Shown here: positions 53,721 through 63,477 of the stretch, piece by piece
Position numbering within the stretch: the first letter of the stretch is position 1
Layout: every line of letters begins with the position of its first letter
Assembly: GCA_040081625.1 (NCBI GenBank)
Contig: JBEBGD010000004.1
Span: 1-64,000, forward strand
Length of the DNA: 64,000 nt
Direction of reading: 5' to 3'
DNA from: Chthoniobacteraceae bacterium
GTDB taxonomy: Bacteria > Verrucomicrobiota > Verrucomicrobiia > Chthoniobacterales > Chthoniobacteraceae
The notes under the pieces: model-generated
What the model saw: only the letters and a program-made list of their open reading frames with translations
Told to the model about the DNA's origin: nothing
The model's database searches: none
Made by a program: the position numbers and the translations under genes

Positions 53721-56405
53721 ATGCCTGATACCGACCTGCAGCGCGAAAAGATCGAGGGAGGCTTTACCCTCGGCTACGAACAACTCACCGCCATGTTTCC
53801 CGAGGCCAAGGGAGTCCCGCAGGTGCAGTATGATCTCAAGTGCGCGAACGCCGTCGTGCTCAAGCGATTCGCTCCGGGCGACATCGTCTGCGAGGAGGGC
53901 GAATTCGGCAGCACCGCGTTCTATCTCGTGAAGGGAAAGGTGAACGTCTTCATCAGCTCGCGCGCGGGTGCGGGCGAGGAGAAGCCGGGATTTCTCAGCC
54001 GCATTTTCGGCGGGCCGAAAGTCGGCGCCCGGCCCGGCGTTCAGTCGATGGTGCGCAAATTCATCTCGACGGACTCCGGCGATCTTTCGCTCGAAAACCC
54101 GATCGCCGCGCTCGGCTCAGGCGAGCTTTTCGGCGAGATGACGTGCCGGAATTTCCAGCCGCGCTCGGCGACCATCCAGGCGACCGAGGAATGCGAAGTG
54201 ATCGAGATGCTGCGTGTCTTTCTCGATCTGCTCATGGGCCAGACCGACCGGGAACCGGAGGTTGAATTCAATACGACGCCCGCGCAGCCGCTCGTGCCGA
54301 AGGACGAGTCGCCCGCGCCGGTCGGCCCCGATGGCAAGCCGCTGCCGCCACCTGCCGGCGAAAAGCCGCACAAGCGCCGCGAGCCGAAGGAGAGGAAACC
54401 CGGCGCGGTGTGGAAGAGCGGCTGGTGGCGTTGGGACGGGGACAAGAACCAGTTTGCGTGGCGCGATGGCGGGTGGGAGGCGCCGCCGGCGAATCATTTC
54501 TGGCTCGGCGGCGCGTGGGTGCGGCGCGACCAGGAGTGGATCGAAGTCGAGGGCCGCTGGCAGCCGTTCATCCTCGTCAATCCGCCGCCGGAGCCGAAAG
54601 CCGAGGAGCCGCCCGCTGCTCCGAGCGCCGAGCACTTGTGGAAGGCCGGCGAGTGGGTGTGGCAGGCGGTCGATCCCACGCAGACGAGCGCGTCCGACAA
54701 TTTCAAGTGGGTGCCGGGCCGATGGGACAAACCGAAAGCCAAGGGCGCCGCGTGGGTGCCCGCAGAGTGGGAAGTCATCGGCGAAAACGACGGCTACCGC
54801 TACGTGCCGGGCCGCGAGGTCTCGCCCTTCCAGGTGCGGATGAACGAGACGTATCGCGCCCGGTCGCTCGTCAGCCACCTCAAGAGCGTCGAGCTTTTCG
54901 CAAAGGTCGATCCCGCCGCACTCGATGGCGTCGTCGAGCGCGCCACCTTCAAGAGCTGCTACCCCGGCGAGCGCATCTGTGAGCAGGGCGATCCCGCCGA
55001 GCATTTCTACCTCATCCGCTCCGGCATGGTGAAAGTCGTCAGCGGCTTCACGCACCTCGTCAAGACGCGCACCGAGGCGCAGCGCCACGCGCGGCGCACG
55101 ATCATGGAAGTCGCGAAGCTCGACTTCCAGCTCCAGCAATCCGCGGACGAAAACGAATACGCATCGACCGCCACGCGGAAGGCCGACCTCGAGCGCAATG
55201 CCGCCGACGCCCAGGTGCGCCTGCGCCAGGCCGCGGACGAGGAAGCCGCGAGCGTCTCGACCTATCTGCGCCGCGGCGATTACTTCGGCGAGATGGGCCT
55301 CGTCGGCGGCGCATTCCCGGAGTTCGAGGACCTGAAAAAGCCGCGCCGCACCGCGACGTGCATCGCCCTCGATCGCGTGGAACTCGTCGTGATCGCGCGC
55401 GAAGACTTCCTCGCGCTACTCGAAGCGAGCACGGTCTTCCGCGACGAGATCCGCCTCACGGTGCAGGCGCGCCTGAGCAAGCAGCGGCTTCAGAAAGCCG
55501 TCATGCAGGGCGTCTCGACGAGCTTCTTCGAGGAGAAACTTTTCCAGGCGCAAAACCTCCTCGTCATCGACCTCGATAAATGCACGCGCTGCGACCAGTG
55601 CGTGCGCGCATGTGCCGATGCGCACGATGGCCACGCGGTGCTGCATCCCGTGACGAAGCTCGTGCGCGACGGGCGGCGATTTGAGAACTACCTCGTCACC
55701 GGCGCGTGCCGCTCGTGCTTCGATCCGCTGTGCATGACGCGCTGCCCGGTGTCGTCGATCCGCCGGAAGGAGAACCTCGAGATCATCATCGAGGACTGGT
55801 GCATCGGCTGCCGCGCGTGCTTCGAGGATTGTCCGTTTGGGAACATCAACATGATCGACCAGTTCGAGCTCAGCCCGTCGAACGTGGAACTCGTGCAGGG
55901 CGGCCCGCCCGCGGAGCTCACGCTCAGTGGCGTGCGCGTCGATCGCGTGAAAGAGATCATCGTCACGGTCAAGGGCGCGAAGGGCGGCGAGCGGGCGAAA
56001 GGCATCGAGGCGAGCCTCGGCGGCGGCAAGCAGGAGCGAAAGATCCTCGTGCGCGCCACCGGCGGCGAACTGCCCGACGCGAAGGCGAAGATCGCGATGG
56101 TGCTGCGGCTCAAGGATGGCTCGATCGTCGATTTCCCGAGCGGCAGCGGCGGCATCAAGGTCAAGGCCGCGGGCGAAAAAGCCGAGATCAAGGCCGGCAG
56201 CAAAGCCGTGAAAGTGAAGGCGAGCACGTGCGACCTTTGCACCGGGCTCGAAATGCCGAGCTGCGTCTATGCGTGCCCGCACGACGCGGCGATGCGCGTT
56301 TATCCCGCCGAGTTTTTCGCCAACGGCGCGCCTTTCGAGGTCAAGCGCCAGGGCCCGCAGCCCGGGGACATCGACCGCCGCACCACGCACATCCGCCTGC
56401 GCTGA
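53721..56405 (+). CDS. cyclic nucleotide-binding domain protein (x2) with Trp-rich YXWGXW-type repeats and C-terminal 4Fe-4S dicluster domain
   Basis: FGEM..R.AT and FGEMGL...RTAT cNMP motifs; W..G.W.W repeats; CTRCDQCVRAC, CRSC.DP.C...CP, CIGCRAC..CP, CDLC...PSCVYACP. Confidence 0.85.
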   Translation: MPDTDLQREKIEGGFTLGYEQLTAMFPEAKGVPQVQYDLKCANAVVLKRFAPGDIVCEEGEFGSTAFYLVKGKVNVFISSRAGAGEEKPGFLSRIFGGPKVGARPGVQSMVRKFISTDSGDLSLENPIAALGSGELFGEMTCRNFQPRSATIQATEECEVIEMLRVFLDLLMGQTDREPEVEFNTTPAQPLVPKDESPAPVGPDGKPLPPPAGEKPHKRREPKERKPGAVWKSGWWRWDGDKNQFAWRDGGWEAPPANHFWLGGAWVRRDQEWIEVEGRWQPFILVNPPPEPKAEEPPAAPSAEHLWKAGEWVWQAVDPTQTSASDNFKWVPGRWDKPKAKGAAWVPAEWEVIGENDGYRYVPGREVSPFQVRMNETYRARSLVSHLKSVELFAKVDPAALDGVVERATFKSCYPGERICEQGDPAEHFYLIRSGMVKVVSGFTHLVKTRTEAQRHARRTIMEVAKLDFQLQQSADENEYASTATRKADLERNAADAQVRLRQAADEEAASVSTYLRRGDYFGEMGLVGGAFPEFEDLKKPRRTATCIALDRVELVVIAREDFLALLEASTVFRDEIRLTVQARLSKQRLQKAVMQGVSTSFFEEKLFQAQNLLVIDLDKCTRCDQCVRACADAHDGHAVLHPVTKLVRDGRRFENYLVTGACRSCFDPLCMTRCPVSSIRRKENLEIIIEDWCIGCRACFEDCPFGNINMIDQFELSPSNVELVQGGPPAELTLSGVRVDRVKEIIVTVKGAKGGERAKGIEASLGGGKQERKILVRATGGELPDAKAKIAMVLRLKDGSIVDFPSGSGGIKVKAAGEKAEIKAGSKAVKVKASTCDLCTGLEMPSCVYACPHDAAMRVYPAEFFANGAPFEVKRQGPQPGDIDRRTTHIRLR

Positions 56406-56413
56406 GTGCGCCG

Positions 56414-58471
56414 CTACGGCGCCGCCAGCCGCGCCTGCGTGCCCGCGGGTGCGAAGGTCGCGTAGCCGGTGTCGATGCCAGCGGCGAAGAAGCCGAAGCC
56501 CGCGCCTTGTTTCTGGAGGATGACGCCGCGGAACTTCGCCGCCGCACCGGTCTGCGGATGGATGAATGTTCCGCCGAAGTTGCCGCGCAGCGGATTGATC
56601 CGCGCGCTCAATCCCGCGACTGTCGGGGCGGAGATGGTGATCGCGTTTGCGCGGGAGAGCGTCGCGGGCTGGACGAGCGTCGCGGCGAGCCCGCCGTCGC
56701 CGAGCGAGAGCGCGGTGTTGTTCGCGCCGTCGCTCACGGGCACGACGGGCTGATCGAGCGCCGGGGTGCGGTATCGGCTGCCGACAGTCGCGAGATCGAG
56801 CGACAGACCATCGGGCCGCGACCAGCGCAGCGAGCCATCGAGTTCGTTGACTTCCTGTTCGCGAAATTGCAGCGCTCCGGTGAGCACACCCGCGCCGCTG
56901 TAGAGTTGGGCGAAGATCGGCGCCTCGCCGTCGCGAGTGAGCCGCGCACGCACCAAGAACGGCGCTCCGTCGGCGAGCGCGCCGGAGAGCGTGACGACGC
57001 CGGTCGTGCTCACGGACACGGTCGCAGCGCCGTCGCCGGATGGTGCTCCCGGCGCCTGCGTCGAGGGAAGCACGAGCGTGTAGCGACCGGCGTGCGGGTC
57101 AGCGGCGTCCGGCTTCACGAGCCCATCGAGTGCGAGGTCGGCACTCCAGCCTTCGCCGGACACGGTGCCGGAGATCGAGGCGTTCGCGTAGGTGAGCGTG
57201 AGGGCATACGTCGCGACATTCACCCGCGCGGCGCCGGTCGCGTCGAAGCGGCCTTTGAAGACGAGCGATTGGCCGTTGAGCCGCAGGCGTCCGGTGAAGA
57301 GTCCGTTGCTGCCCAGGCTCAGGGTCGCGACTCCGCGCGTGCCGTCCGAGCCGGTGAATAGCCCCGCGTAGCCGCCCGCGCCGGCGAGGAATGGATTCGG
57401 GATGAACGCCGCGGCGAGCGCCAGCCCGCCCTCGGGCACGCTGAAGGTGAGCGTCCGCGAGAGCGTCGTCGCGCCGCCGCTCCAGCCTGCAAAGATCGAG
57501 CCGGCCAGTGGGGTCGCGGTGATCGTGTAACTGCGACCGACCTCGCGCAGCGAGGTGCCGGCGAATCCGGCGGTGATGCTGCCGCTGCCGGTGAGCGAGA
57601 TCACGACCGGTGCGAGCACGACGTAGCGAATGTTGCGCGTCGCGGTGCGCAGCACGGCGCCTCCGGCGGAGAGGCTTTCGATGCGCAGCGTGTTTGCGCC
57701 GGGCGCGAGTCCATCGACTTGCGCGGACCACGAGGTCGTCCCGTTTGCTGAAGTCCATGCGCCTTCACCGAGCGAGTTTTCCACCCGCACGCGCACCGAC
57801 GCGGCAAGGGGCTCGCCGCCCGCCGTGCCGCGCACCGTCACGAATGGATCGTTCACTTGCGCGCCGCTCGCCGGCGCGGTGATGGAAAGCTGCGGCCCGG
57901 AGGGCGGCGCGGTGAGGACGACCCAATACCACTGCCACTGACTGCCGGGCACGTTCACGAACCCGACGCCGACCGAGGTTTGCGCGGCAAAAAACGGGAC
58001 TTCACCGAGCAGGTGCTGCTTGTGCAGCGACGAACTCATCCAGTCATTCCACGCGGCGCCCGTGGACTCGCGTCCGGCGCTGAGCGACTCGATATTATTT
58101 CCGCTCACGGACATGTCGTAGCCGGCGGGCAGCGAGTAGCCGGCCTGGCGCACGAGGTAGTTCGCGCCGCGACCGCTCGGGTCCACGTGGGCGAAGTATC
58201 CGCGCGCGGCCATGTCCGCAGCTTTCGCGCGGGCGACTCGGCAGAGGATCGGGTCGAGCGTCACGGACGCGCGACGCTGGCCACTCGCGTTTTTCATCAG
58301 GTTAAAGATCGCGAGTTCCTGCGCGTTCACTTCCGCCGCGCGACTCACGGAGGCGGAGAAGAGCCCGCTGAAAAGGACGACGAACGCGACGGCAAACACG
58401 CGGACAGCCTTGAAAGCGAGGGCTGTGAGCAGTGGCGTTGGCGTCATGTGGGCGTGGCGGTCCATGGGCAA
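56414..58471 (-). CDS. secreted CAP (SCP) domain protein with Ig-like/B-repeat and C-terminal beta-rich domain
   Basis: LC.VAR.KA.DMA.RGYFAH, WMSS..H..H.L CAP motifs; TITATP..GS.FAGWSG repeat motif; true start may be 58465 or 58447. Confidence 0.8.
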   Translation of the reverse strand: MPMDRHAHMTPTPLLTALAFKAVRVFAVAFVVLFSGLFSASVSRAAEVNAQELAIFNLMKNASGQRRASVTLDPILCRVARAKAADMAARGYFAHVDPSGRGANYLVRQAGYSLPAGYDMSVSGNNIESLSAGRESTGAAWNDWMSSSLHKQHLLGEVPFFAAQTSVGVGFVNVPGSQWQWYWVVLTAPPSGPQLSITAPASGAQVNDPFVTVRGTAGGEPLAASVRVRVENSLGEGAWTSANGTTSWSAQVDGLAPGANTLRIESLSAGGAVLRTATRNIRYVVLAPVVISLTGSGSITAGFAGTSLREVGRSYTITATPLAGSIFAGWSGGATTLSRTLTFSVPEGGLALAAAFIPNPFLAGAGGYAGLFTGSDGTRGVATLSLGSNGLFTGRLRLNGQSLVFKGRFDATGAARVNVATYALTLTYANASISGTVSGEGWSADLALDGLVKPDAADPHAGRYTLVLPSTQAPGAPSGDGAATVSVSTTGVVTLSGALADGAPFLVRARLTRDGEAPIFAQLYSGAGVLTGALQFREQEVNELDGSLRWSRPDGLSLDLATVGSRYRTPALDQPVVPVSDGANNTALSLGDGGLAATLVQPATLSRANAITISAPTVAGLSARINPLRGNFGGTFIHPQTGAAAKFRGVILQKQGAGFGFFAAGIDTGYATFAPAGTQARLAAP

Positions 58472-58543
58472 CCGCTCTTTAAGCCCGCAGCGTGCCAGTC
58501 TCTGTAATCGCCTATGGAAAATACAATAAAGTCGGCAAATCGC

Positions 58544-59848
58544 TCACGGGACGGACTCTAGCACCGCCTCCTTCGCCCCGTCCTCAGGCATCGCCTGAAA
58601 CGTCCCCGTCCCCACCAGCCGCTCGAAAATCGGCGACGCCATGAGCGTCGTGATCACAGCCATGATCACCAGCGTCGCAAACAGCCCCTCGGTGATCACC
58701 CCGCGCTGGAGGCCGATGTTGATGATAATCAGCTCCATCAAGCCGCGCGCATTCATCAGCGTGCCGATGCCGAGCGCCTCGCGGTTCGAGATCCCGGTCG
58801 CGCGCGCCGCGAGCCAGCAGGCCACGCCCTTGCCGAGCACCGCCACGACCAGCACCGCGCCGCACATCAGCCACAGGTAGCCGGTATTCAGCAGGCCGAT
58901 CTTCGTGTTCAGCCCCGAGTAGGTGAAAAACAGCGGCAGCAACAGCGCGACCGTGAGCGGCTGGATGCGGGCGACCAGATCGCGCGCCATCACCCCGCGC
59001 GGCATCGCCGCGCCCATCACGAACGCGCCGAAGACCGCATGCAGCCCGATCATATCCGTGAACCACGCGCCGAGCGCCATCAGCGCCAGCCCCACCACGA
59101 GCCCCGACTCGGCGAGCACGCCGTCCTTCACCATGAACCGCTCCAGCCTCGCGAGCAGCGGACGCACGACGACGAGCGTAAACGCCACGTAGCCCGCGCC
59201 GCCGCCGATATTCACCAGCGCGGAGTTCCAGTCGTTGTCGAAACTCGCCAACACCACCGCGAGCAGGCACCACGCAGTCGCGTCGTCGATCGCCCCCGCG
59301 CCGATCGCGACGGTCCCCATCGTCGTGCCGTTGAGTTTTTTGAAATGGATGATCCGCGCGAGCATCGGGAACGCGGTGATGCACATCGACGCGCCGAGAA
59401 AAAGCATCGCCTCGGCGAGCGACGTCTTTTTCGGAAACAGCTCCGTGTGATGAAAGAAAACCCAGCCCAGCCCGGCACCGAGCACGAACGGCGCGATCAT
59501 CCCCGCCGCCGACACCGCGATCGAGCTCTTCATGCGCCGCTGGATGATATCCATCCTGAACTCCATCCCGACGATGAACATGTAAAGCGCCAGCCCGAGC
59601 TGCGACGCCGGGAAGAGATAGCTCTGCGTGTCGCGCGTCGTCTGCGACTTGTCCCACGGGAAAAGCCACGCCTGCGCCTCCGGCGCGAGCAACCCGAAAA
59701 GCGACGGCCCGAGCAGCACCCCCGCGATCATCTCCGCCACCACCTGCGGCTGACCAAACCGCGCCGCGACCGCACCGACGAGCCGGCAGAAAAGCAGGAT
59801 CACCGCGAGCTGCAGGAAGAACTGGATGGCGAGGTGCAGGTTGGACAT
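58544..59848 (-). CDS. cation:proton antiporter (CPA2/KefB-like)
   Basis: GQPQVVAEMIAGVLLGPS, ITAFPMLARI, AIDD, HAVFGAF, LPLFF...GL.T, MNARGLMELI. Confidence 0.93.
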   Translation of the reverse strand: MSNLHLAIQFFLQLAVILLFCRLVGAVAARFGQPQVVAEMIAGVLLGPSLFGLLAPEAQAWLFPWDKSQTTRDTQSYLFPASQLGLALYMFIVGMEFRMDIIQRRMKSSIAVSAAGMIAPFVLGAGLGWVFFHHTELFPKKTSLAEAMLFLGASMCITAFPMLARIIHFKKLNGTTMGTVAIGAGAIDDATAWCLLAVVLASFDNDWNSALVNIGGGAGYVAFTLVVVRPLLARLERFMVKDGVLAESGLVVGLALMALGAWFTDMIGLHAVFGAFVMGAAMPRGVMARDLVARIQPLTVALLLPLFFTYSGLNTKIGLLNTGYLWLMCGAVLVVAVLGKGVACWLAARATGISNREALGIGTLMNARGLMELIIINIGLQRGVITEGLFATLVIMAVITTLMASPIFERLVGTGTFQAMPEDGAKEAVLESVP

Positions 59849-59883
59849 CGGACGGAAACGTCGTGTCTAGCGGATCGAGGCTT

Positions 59884-59932
59884 GTAACGGAAATAGAGTT
59901 TCGGTATCAGGCTTATGCCATGCCGTTATCAG
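59884..59932. promoter_or_regulatory. probable LysR-type binding region in the divergent promoter
   Basis: Short AT-richer intergenic region between divergent antiporter and LysR genes, the usual LTTR arrangement; exact site not resolved. Confidence 0.4.
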
Positions 59933-59936
59933 AACC

Positions 59937-60851
59937 ATGGAGCTGAGACACCTCCGCTACTTCCAGGCCGTCGCCGAGGAACTCAGCTACTCACGCGCGG
60001 CGCGCCGGCTGCACATCGCCCAGCCCGCACTCAGCCGCGCGGTGCAGGAGATCGAGCGCGAACTCGGCGTGAACCTCCTCGACCGCACCCGCAGCAGCGT
60101 GCGCCTCACACCCGCGGGCAAAGTGCTCCTGCGCGAGACCGCGCTCATCTTCGAGAGATGGGACGAGGCGATGAGCCGCGTCCTCCGCACCGCGGGCGGC
60201 GAGGAGGGCGAACTTCGCCTCGGCTACATCGGACCGCCGACGCAACCCTTCCTCGGCCGCCTGCTCGGAGAATACCGGCGGCGTTATCCGCTCGTGGCCA
60301 TCCATCTCGAGGAGCGCACACCGGAGCGGGTGTGGGAGATGGTCGCAAAGAGCCGCCTCTCCATCGGTCTCACCCGACCCGTGCCGATGGCGGAAGCACT
60401 CGGCCTGCGCACGATCAAACTGCGCGACGAACGGCTCGGCATCGTCGTCCCCGTCGCGCACCCGCTCGCGAAGCGAAAGAACATCGCGTGGCGCGCGCTC
60501 GAGCGGGAGCCGCTCATCGTCCTCGCGCGCCGCGAAGGTGTGGGCCTGCACGACGCCGTGCTCGCCGGCTGTCGCGCCGCCGGCTTCGCCCCGAAGCTCG
60601 CGCACACGCCGAGCCTCATCGGCACCGTCCTCAGCTATGTCGAAGCCGGGAGCGGCGTGGGCATCGTGACCGATAGTATCGTCGCGCCGGAACTCCCGCT
60701 GCACTTCGTCCCGCTCAAGCCGACGGTGTCCGTCCCGCTGGTCCTCGTATGGCAGGAAGACGAAGATGCCCCGCCCGTGCAGCGCTTTCGCGAACTCGTG
60801 ATCGAATGGCAGCGCGCCGGCAAACTGTGGGCCAAGCGTCCCAGCCGCTGA
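59937..60851 (+). CDS. LysR family transcriptional regulator
   Basis: MELRHLRYF.AVAEE.S.SRAA.RLHIAQPALSR...LTPAG HTH; substrate-binding domain. Confidence 0.96.
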   Translation: MELRHLRYFQAVAEELSYSRAARRLHIAQPALSRAVQEIERELGVNLLDRTRSSVRLTPAGKVLLRETALIFERWDEAMSRVLRTAGGEEGELRLGYIGPPTQPFLGRLLGEYRRRYPLVAIHLEERTPERVWEMVAKSRLSIGLTRPVPMAEALGLRTIKLRDERLGIVVPVAHPLAKRKNIAWRALEREPLIVLARREGVGLHDAVLAGCRAAGFAPKLAHTPSLIGTVLSYVEAGSGVGIVTDSIVAPELPLHFVPLKPTVSVPLVLVWQEDEDAPPVQRFRELVIEWQRAGKLWAKRPSR

Positions 60852-60859
60852 CGACTCCG

Positions 60860-61112
60860 GCTTCATTGATTCAGCACAGGTGGTGAATGAGATCACCGAT
60901 AGACTCAATTAATTGTTCCTGTCGGTGAATAAACTCAGCATCAGACTCAATCAACTGAGCCAAAAGGTAAACTCATTCACCCATAGACTCATCAAATTGA
61001 GCTTGTCTGTGACCTGATTCATCAACAGGCTCAACTCACTGAGCCTAACGCTGAATCAATTCACCGATGCGCTCACCCGGCTGAGCCTTTTCCTGAATCA
61101 ACTCACCTCATT
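60860..61112. repeat. degenerate tandem array of 21-bp units, alternating two palindrome types (42-bp period)
   Basis: 11 units in exact 21-bp phase from 60882 plus one more at 60860; odd units approximate GGTGA-N6-TCACC, even units approximate RCTCA-N6-TGAGC. Confidence 0.85.
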
Positions 61113-61155
61113 TCCTACCGCTGCCAGAGTAAACATCCGTCCGATCCTCATTCCC

Positions 61156-61482
61156 ATGAACGACCAACCCAGCCCCGCCCCCGAATCCGCGCCCGACTAC
61201 CAATTCCCGCTGCGATTCTACGCCCAGCTCACCCACCCGCTGCGCATCTGGATCATCCGGCAACTCGCGCAAGGCGTGGAACTCTCGCCAAAGCACGTCG
61301 CCAAAGCCCGGGGCCGCAAATACCGCGCAGTGAACCTGCACTGCCAGAGCCTGCACGAAGCCGGCGTCGTCTCCTGGCGCCCCGGCAAAGACCGCCGCTG
61401 GGATGTCTATTTCATCCCCGAAGGAATCCGCCGCGAACCCGGCTGGCTCGACTACGGCTTCTGCCGCTTCCGAATCCAGTAA
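61156..61482 (+). CDS. winged helix-turn-helix protein (ArsR-like)
   Basis: L.HPLRIWIIRQL..G..LS...VA...G.....V..H...L.EAGVV followed by a wing (DRRW.VYFIP). Confidence 0.75.
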   Translation: MNDQPSPAPESAPDYQFPLRFYAQLTHPLRIWIIRQLAQGVELSPKHVAKARGRKYRAVNLHCQSLHEAGVVSWRPGKDRRWDVYFIPEGIRREPGWLDYGFCRFRIQ

Positions 61483-61590
61483 GCCCCCGCCGCCGGGGAG
61501 ACGCACGTTTTCGTGCTCGCCTTCCCCGCCGCGATCCGCTGTCCTGCGCAGCATTCGTCATGAAACCGACGCCGTCCCTGCTGTTCCTTG

Positions 61591-61621
61591 TCCTCGCTCC
61601 CAAGTTGGGGACTTGGGAGCG
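61591..61621. repeat. REP-like hairpin (copy 1)
   Basis: CGCTCCCAAGT-tgggg-ACTTGGGAGCG, 11-bp perfect stem; related to 63478-63514. Confidence 0.65.
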
Positions 61622-61715
61622 GAACCTTGCGGCGGCAACTCCAGTTACCGTGGCGGGTGGTGGATGACCTTATCGGAACCCCATCGACCACTGCTTCACC
61701 GTCATACTCCACGCC

Positions 61716-62660
61716 ATGAGCGGAACACCACTTGTCAACCAATTCACCGGTCGCTGGATTTCGCAGCAGACGCGGGAGATCAACAACGAGTATTACATCC
61801 AGGTCCAAGCCCAAACGAGCGAGGCAGCGCTTCGCTGCCAGCGCGCACAGTTGAAGGCGCAGGTTGCAGCAGCAGCACTGAATCTGCGAGGCCAGATGGA
61901 ACTCGCGCAGCGGCAGGACACCGCGAACCAAATCCTCGGAGGGCTGGCAGGGGACATGGGCTCTCTGCTCGGTTTGGCAGAACAAATGAGTGGGCACCTC
62001 GAGTCCATCGAATCCACCTTGGAGAACGTCAACGCAACGATTCAGCAGGGCTTCGCGTCCGTGACCGCTGTGCTCGAAAGGGCCGTCACCGTGCTCGTGC
62101 AGCAGCAGAAAACCATCACGCAAATCGCCGACACACTTAGCAGACCCAACGAAACGGAAGCCCGTGAGTGTCTGCGCGACGGCCAGGTAATGTTGGATTC
62201 ATACATGCAAACTGAGGGGCGCGAGCAGCAGGAAAACGCAAAGGACGCGCTCCGGCTTTTCCACCGCGTTATAGACAATGAGATCGGCAAACAGAGCTAC
62301 GTGGCTTGGTTCAACATCGGCTATTTGCGCTGGCAACATCTGAAAGACGTAATGGAGGCAGAGGAGGCCTTTTTCCAAGCTCAACGTCTCAGCGGGATAA
62401 GGCAGGATTACGCGTGGCAGACACAGAGCCTTCGCCACATGGCCGAGATGCAACGATTGCAGGACCGGGTGGAGGAGGCTTATCACACGGTTCACCGCGC
62501 CCTCGCCATCAGCCGCGAATACGAGTCTCTTTTGTGTGCCGCGCGCTACGCGAAAAAAACTAGCAAGACCGAGGAGTTTATGACGCTGCTTGACGAATGC
62601 ATCGAAATGAGGCCGGAAACGATCATCACCATGTTTGCCGAGGAGGATTTCAAGGATTGA
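61716..62660 (+). CDS. hypothetical protein with N-terminal coiled coil and C-terminal TPR-like helices
   Basis: Gln/Leu heptads; AWFNIGYL, AEEAF..A, A....RAL TPR-like patterns; codon usage less GC-rich than neighbours. Confidence 0.75.
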   Translation: MSGTPLVNQFTGRWISQQTREINNEYYIQVQAQTSEAALRCQRAQLKAQVAAAALNLRGQMELAQRQDTANQILGGLAGDMGSLLGLAEQMSGHLESIESTLENVNATIQQGFASVTAVLERAVTVLVQQQKTITQIADTLSRPNETEARECLRDGQVMLDSYMQTEGREQQENAKDALRLFHRVIDNEIGKQSYVAWFNIGYLRWQHLKDVMEAEEAFFQAQRLSGIRQDYAWQTQSLRHMAEMQRLQDRVEEAYHTVHRALAISREYESLLCAARYAKKTSKTEEFMTLLDECIEMRPETIITMFAEEDFKD

Positions 62661-63457
62661 GCGCTGCGCTTCAATCCCTCGCATCCCGCAGGCTCGCCAT
62701 TGGGCGCGAACGGGCGCTGAAGGCGCAGCGGGAACTGGCCGCAACTTTCGACCTCCTGCTTCTTGCTGAACGGGAGCACAATGTTGTTTTCCCTTGGTCG
62801 TGGCGGGAATATCAGACCCGACTCCGCGACGAGAAACAGTGCCAGGAGGCCGGCTACCTCGATTTACTCGCCATTGAGGCGGTCGCACACAAGACCAACG
62901 CGGAAGTGCTGGAAAAAGCACTCCGCTCCATGAATGAACGCCTTAAAGTGTTGCAAGATACTGTTGCCGAAGCACGACGAGAAATTGAAGTCCAGACGCA
63001 GAAGCACAACAAGGTGCTGGGAGATGCAAAAAACGTCCTGGCAGACGATCAAGGTGGTAGGCATATAAAACTTCCGGCGAAAAACATCCCTTCGCCATTG
63101 GAAGGAACGGGATGTTTTTTCGGGGTAGTAAGTGGTTTTTTCTTTGGGGGGTTAACTGGAGGGATCGTAAGCACATTTTTCCCTGACAGGGAAAAGGGAC
63201 TTATTTTATTTGTATGCATGTCCAGCTTTTATTTTTTTCCTCAGCTTATTGGCTATGTGGTTTGGCGAGTAAAGTGCCGTAATAGCGTGCGTAGCGCCAA
63301 TATTAGCGCGGCGTTTACGATTCGAGTGGAGAATCAGCAGTTTCAAGATCGCTTGCCGAGACTTCAACAACAGCTTGCAGAAGCCGAGAGAACTTTGCGG
63401 AGTTCCGGACTTGCGCAGACGGCGATACATACACGTTTGCAGGCTGCGGGGTCATGA
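62657..63457 (+). CDS. hypothetical protein, coiled coil - 2 TM - coiled coil
   Basis: TTG start overlapping the upstream TGA (TTGA) with AGGAGG at 62641; two hydrophobic segments; visibly AT-rich. Confidence 0.7.
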   Translation: MSAALQSLASRRLAIGRERALKAQRELAATFDLLLLAEREHNVVFPWSWREYQTRLRDEKQCQEAGYLDLLAIEAVAHKTNAEVLEKALRSMNERLKVLQDTVAEARREIEVQTQKHNKVLGDAKNVLADDQGGRHIKLPAKNIPSPLEGTGCFFGVVSGFFFGGLTGGIVSTFFPDREKGLILFVCMSSFYFFPQLIGYVVWRVKCRNSVRSANISAAFTIRVENQQFQDRLPRLQQQLAEAERTLRSSGLAQTAIHTRLQAAGS

Positions 63458-63477
63458 ACGGGGTTCCGCTCTTTTTC

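Noticed and set aside
53085..53783. Long N-terminal extension of the ECF sigma factor
   Set aside because: Antisense to the OmpA/Pal gene; sigma homology starts at MPASND (53084)
60860..61112. CRISPR array
   Set aside because: The 21-bp period leaves no room for spacers, the repeats are degenerate and no cas genes are present
60882..61112. Tandem CRP/FNR sites
   Set aside because: Type A units resemble TGTGA-N6-TCACA only loosely, type B units have inverted arms, and no CRP-type regulator is adjacent
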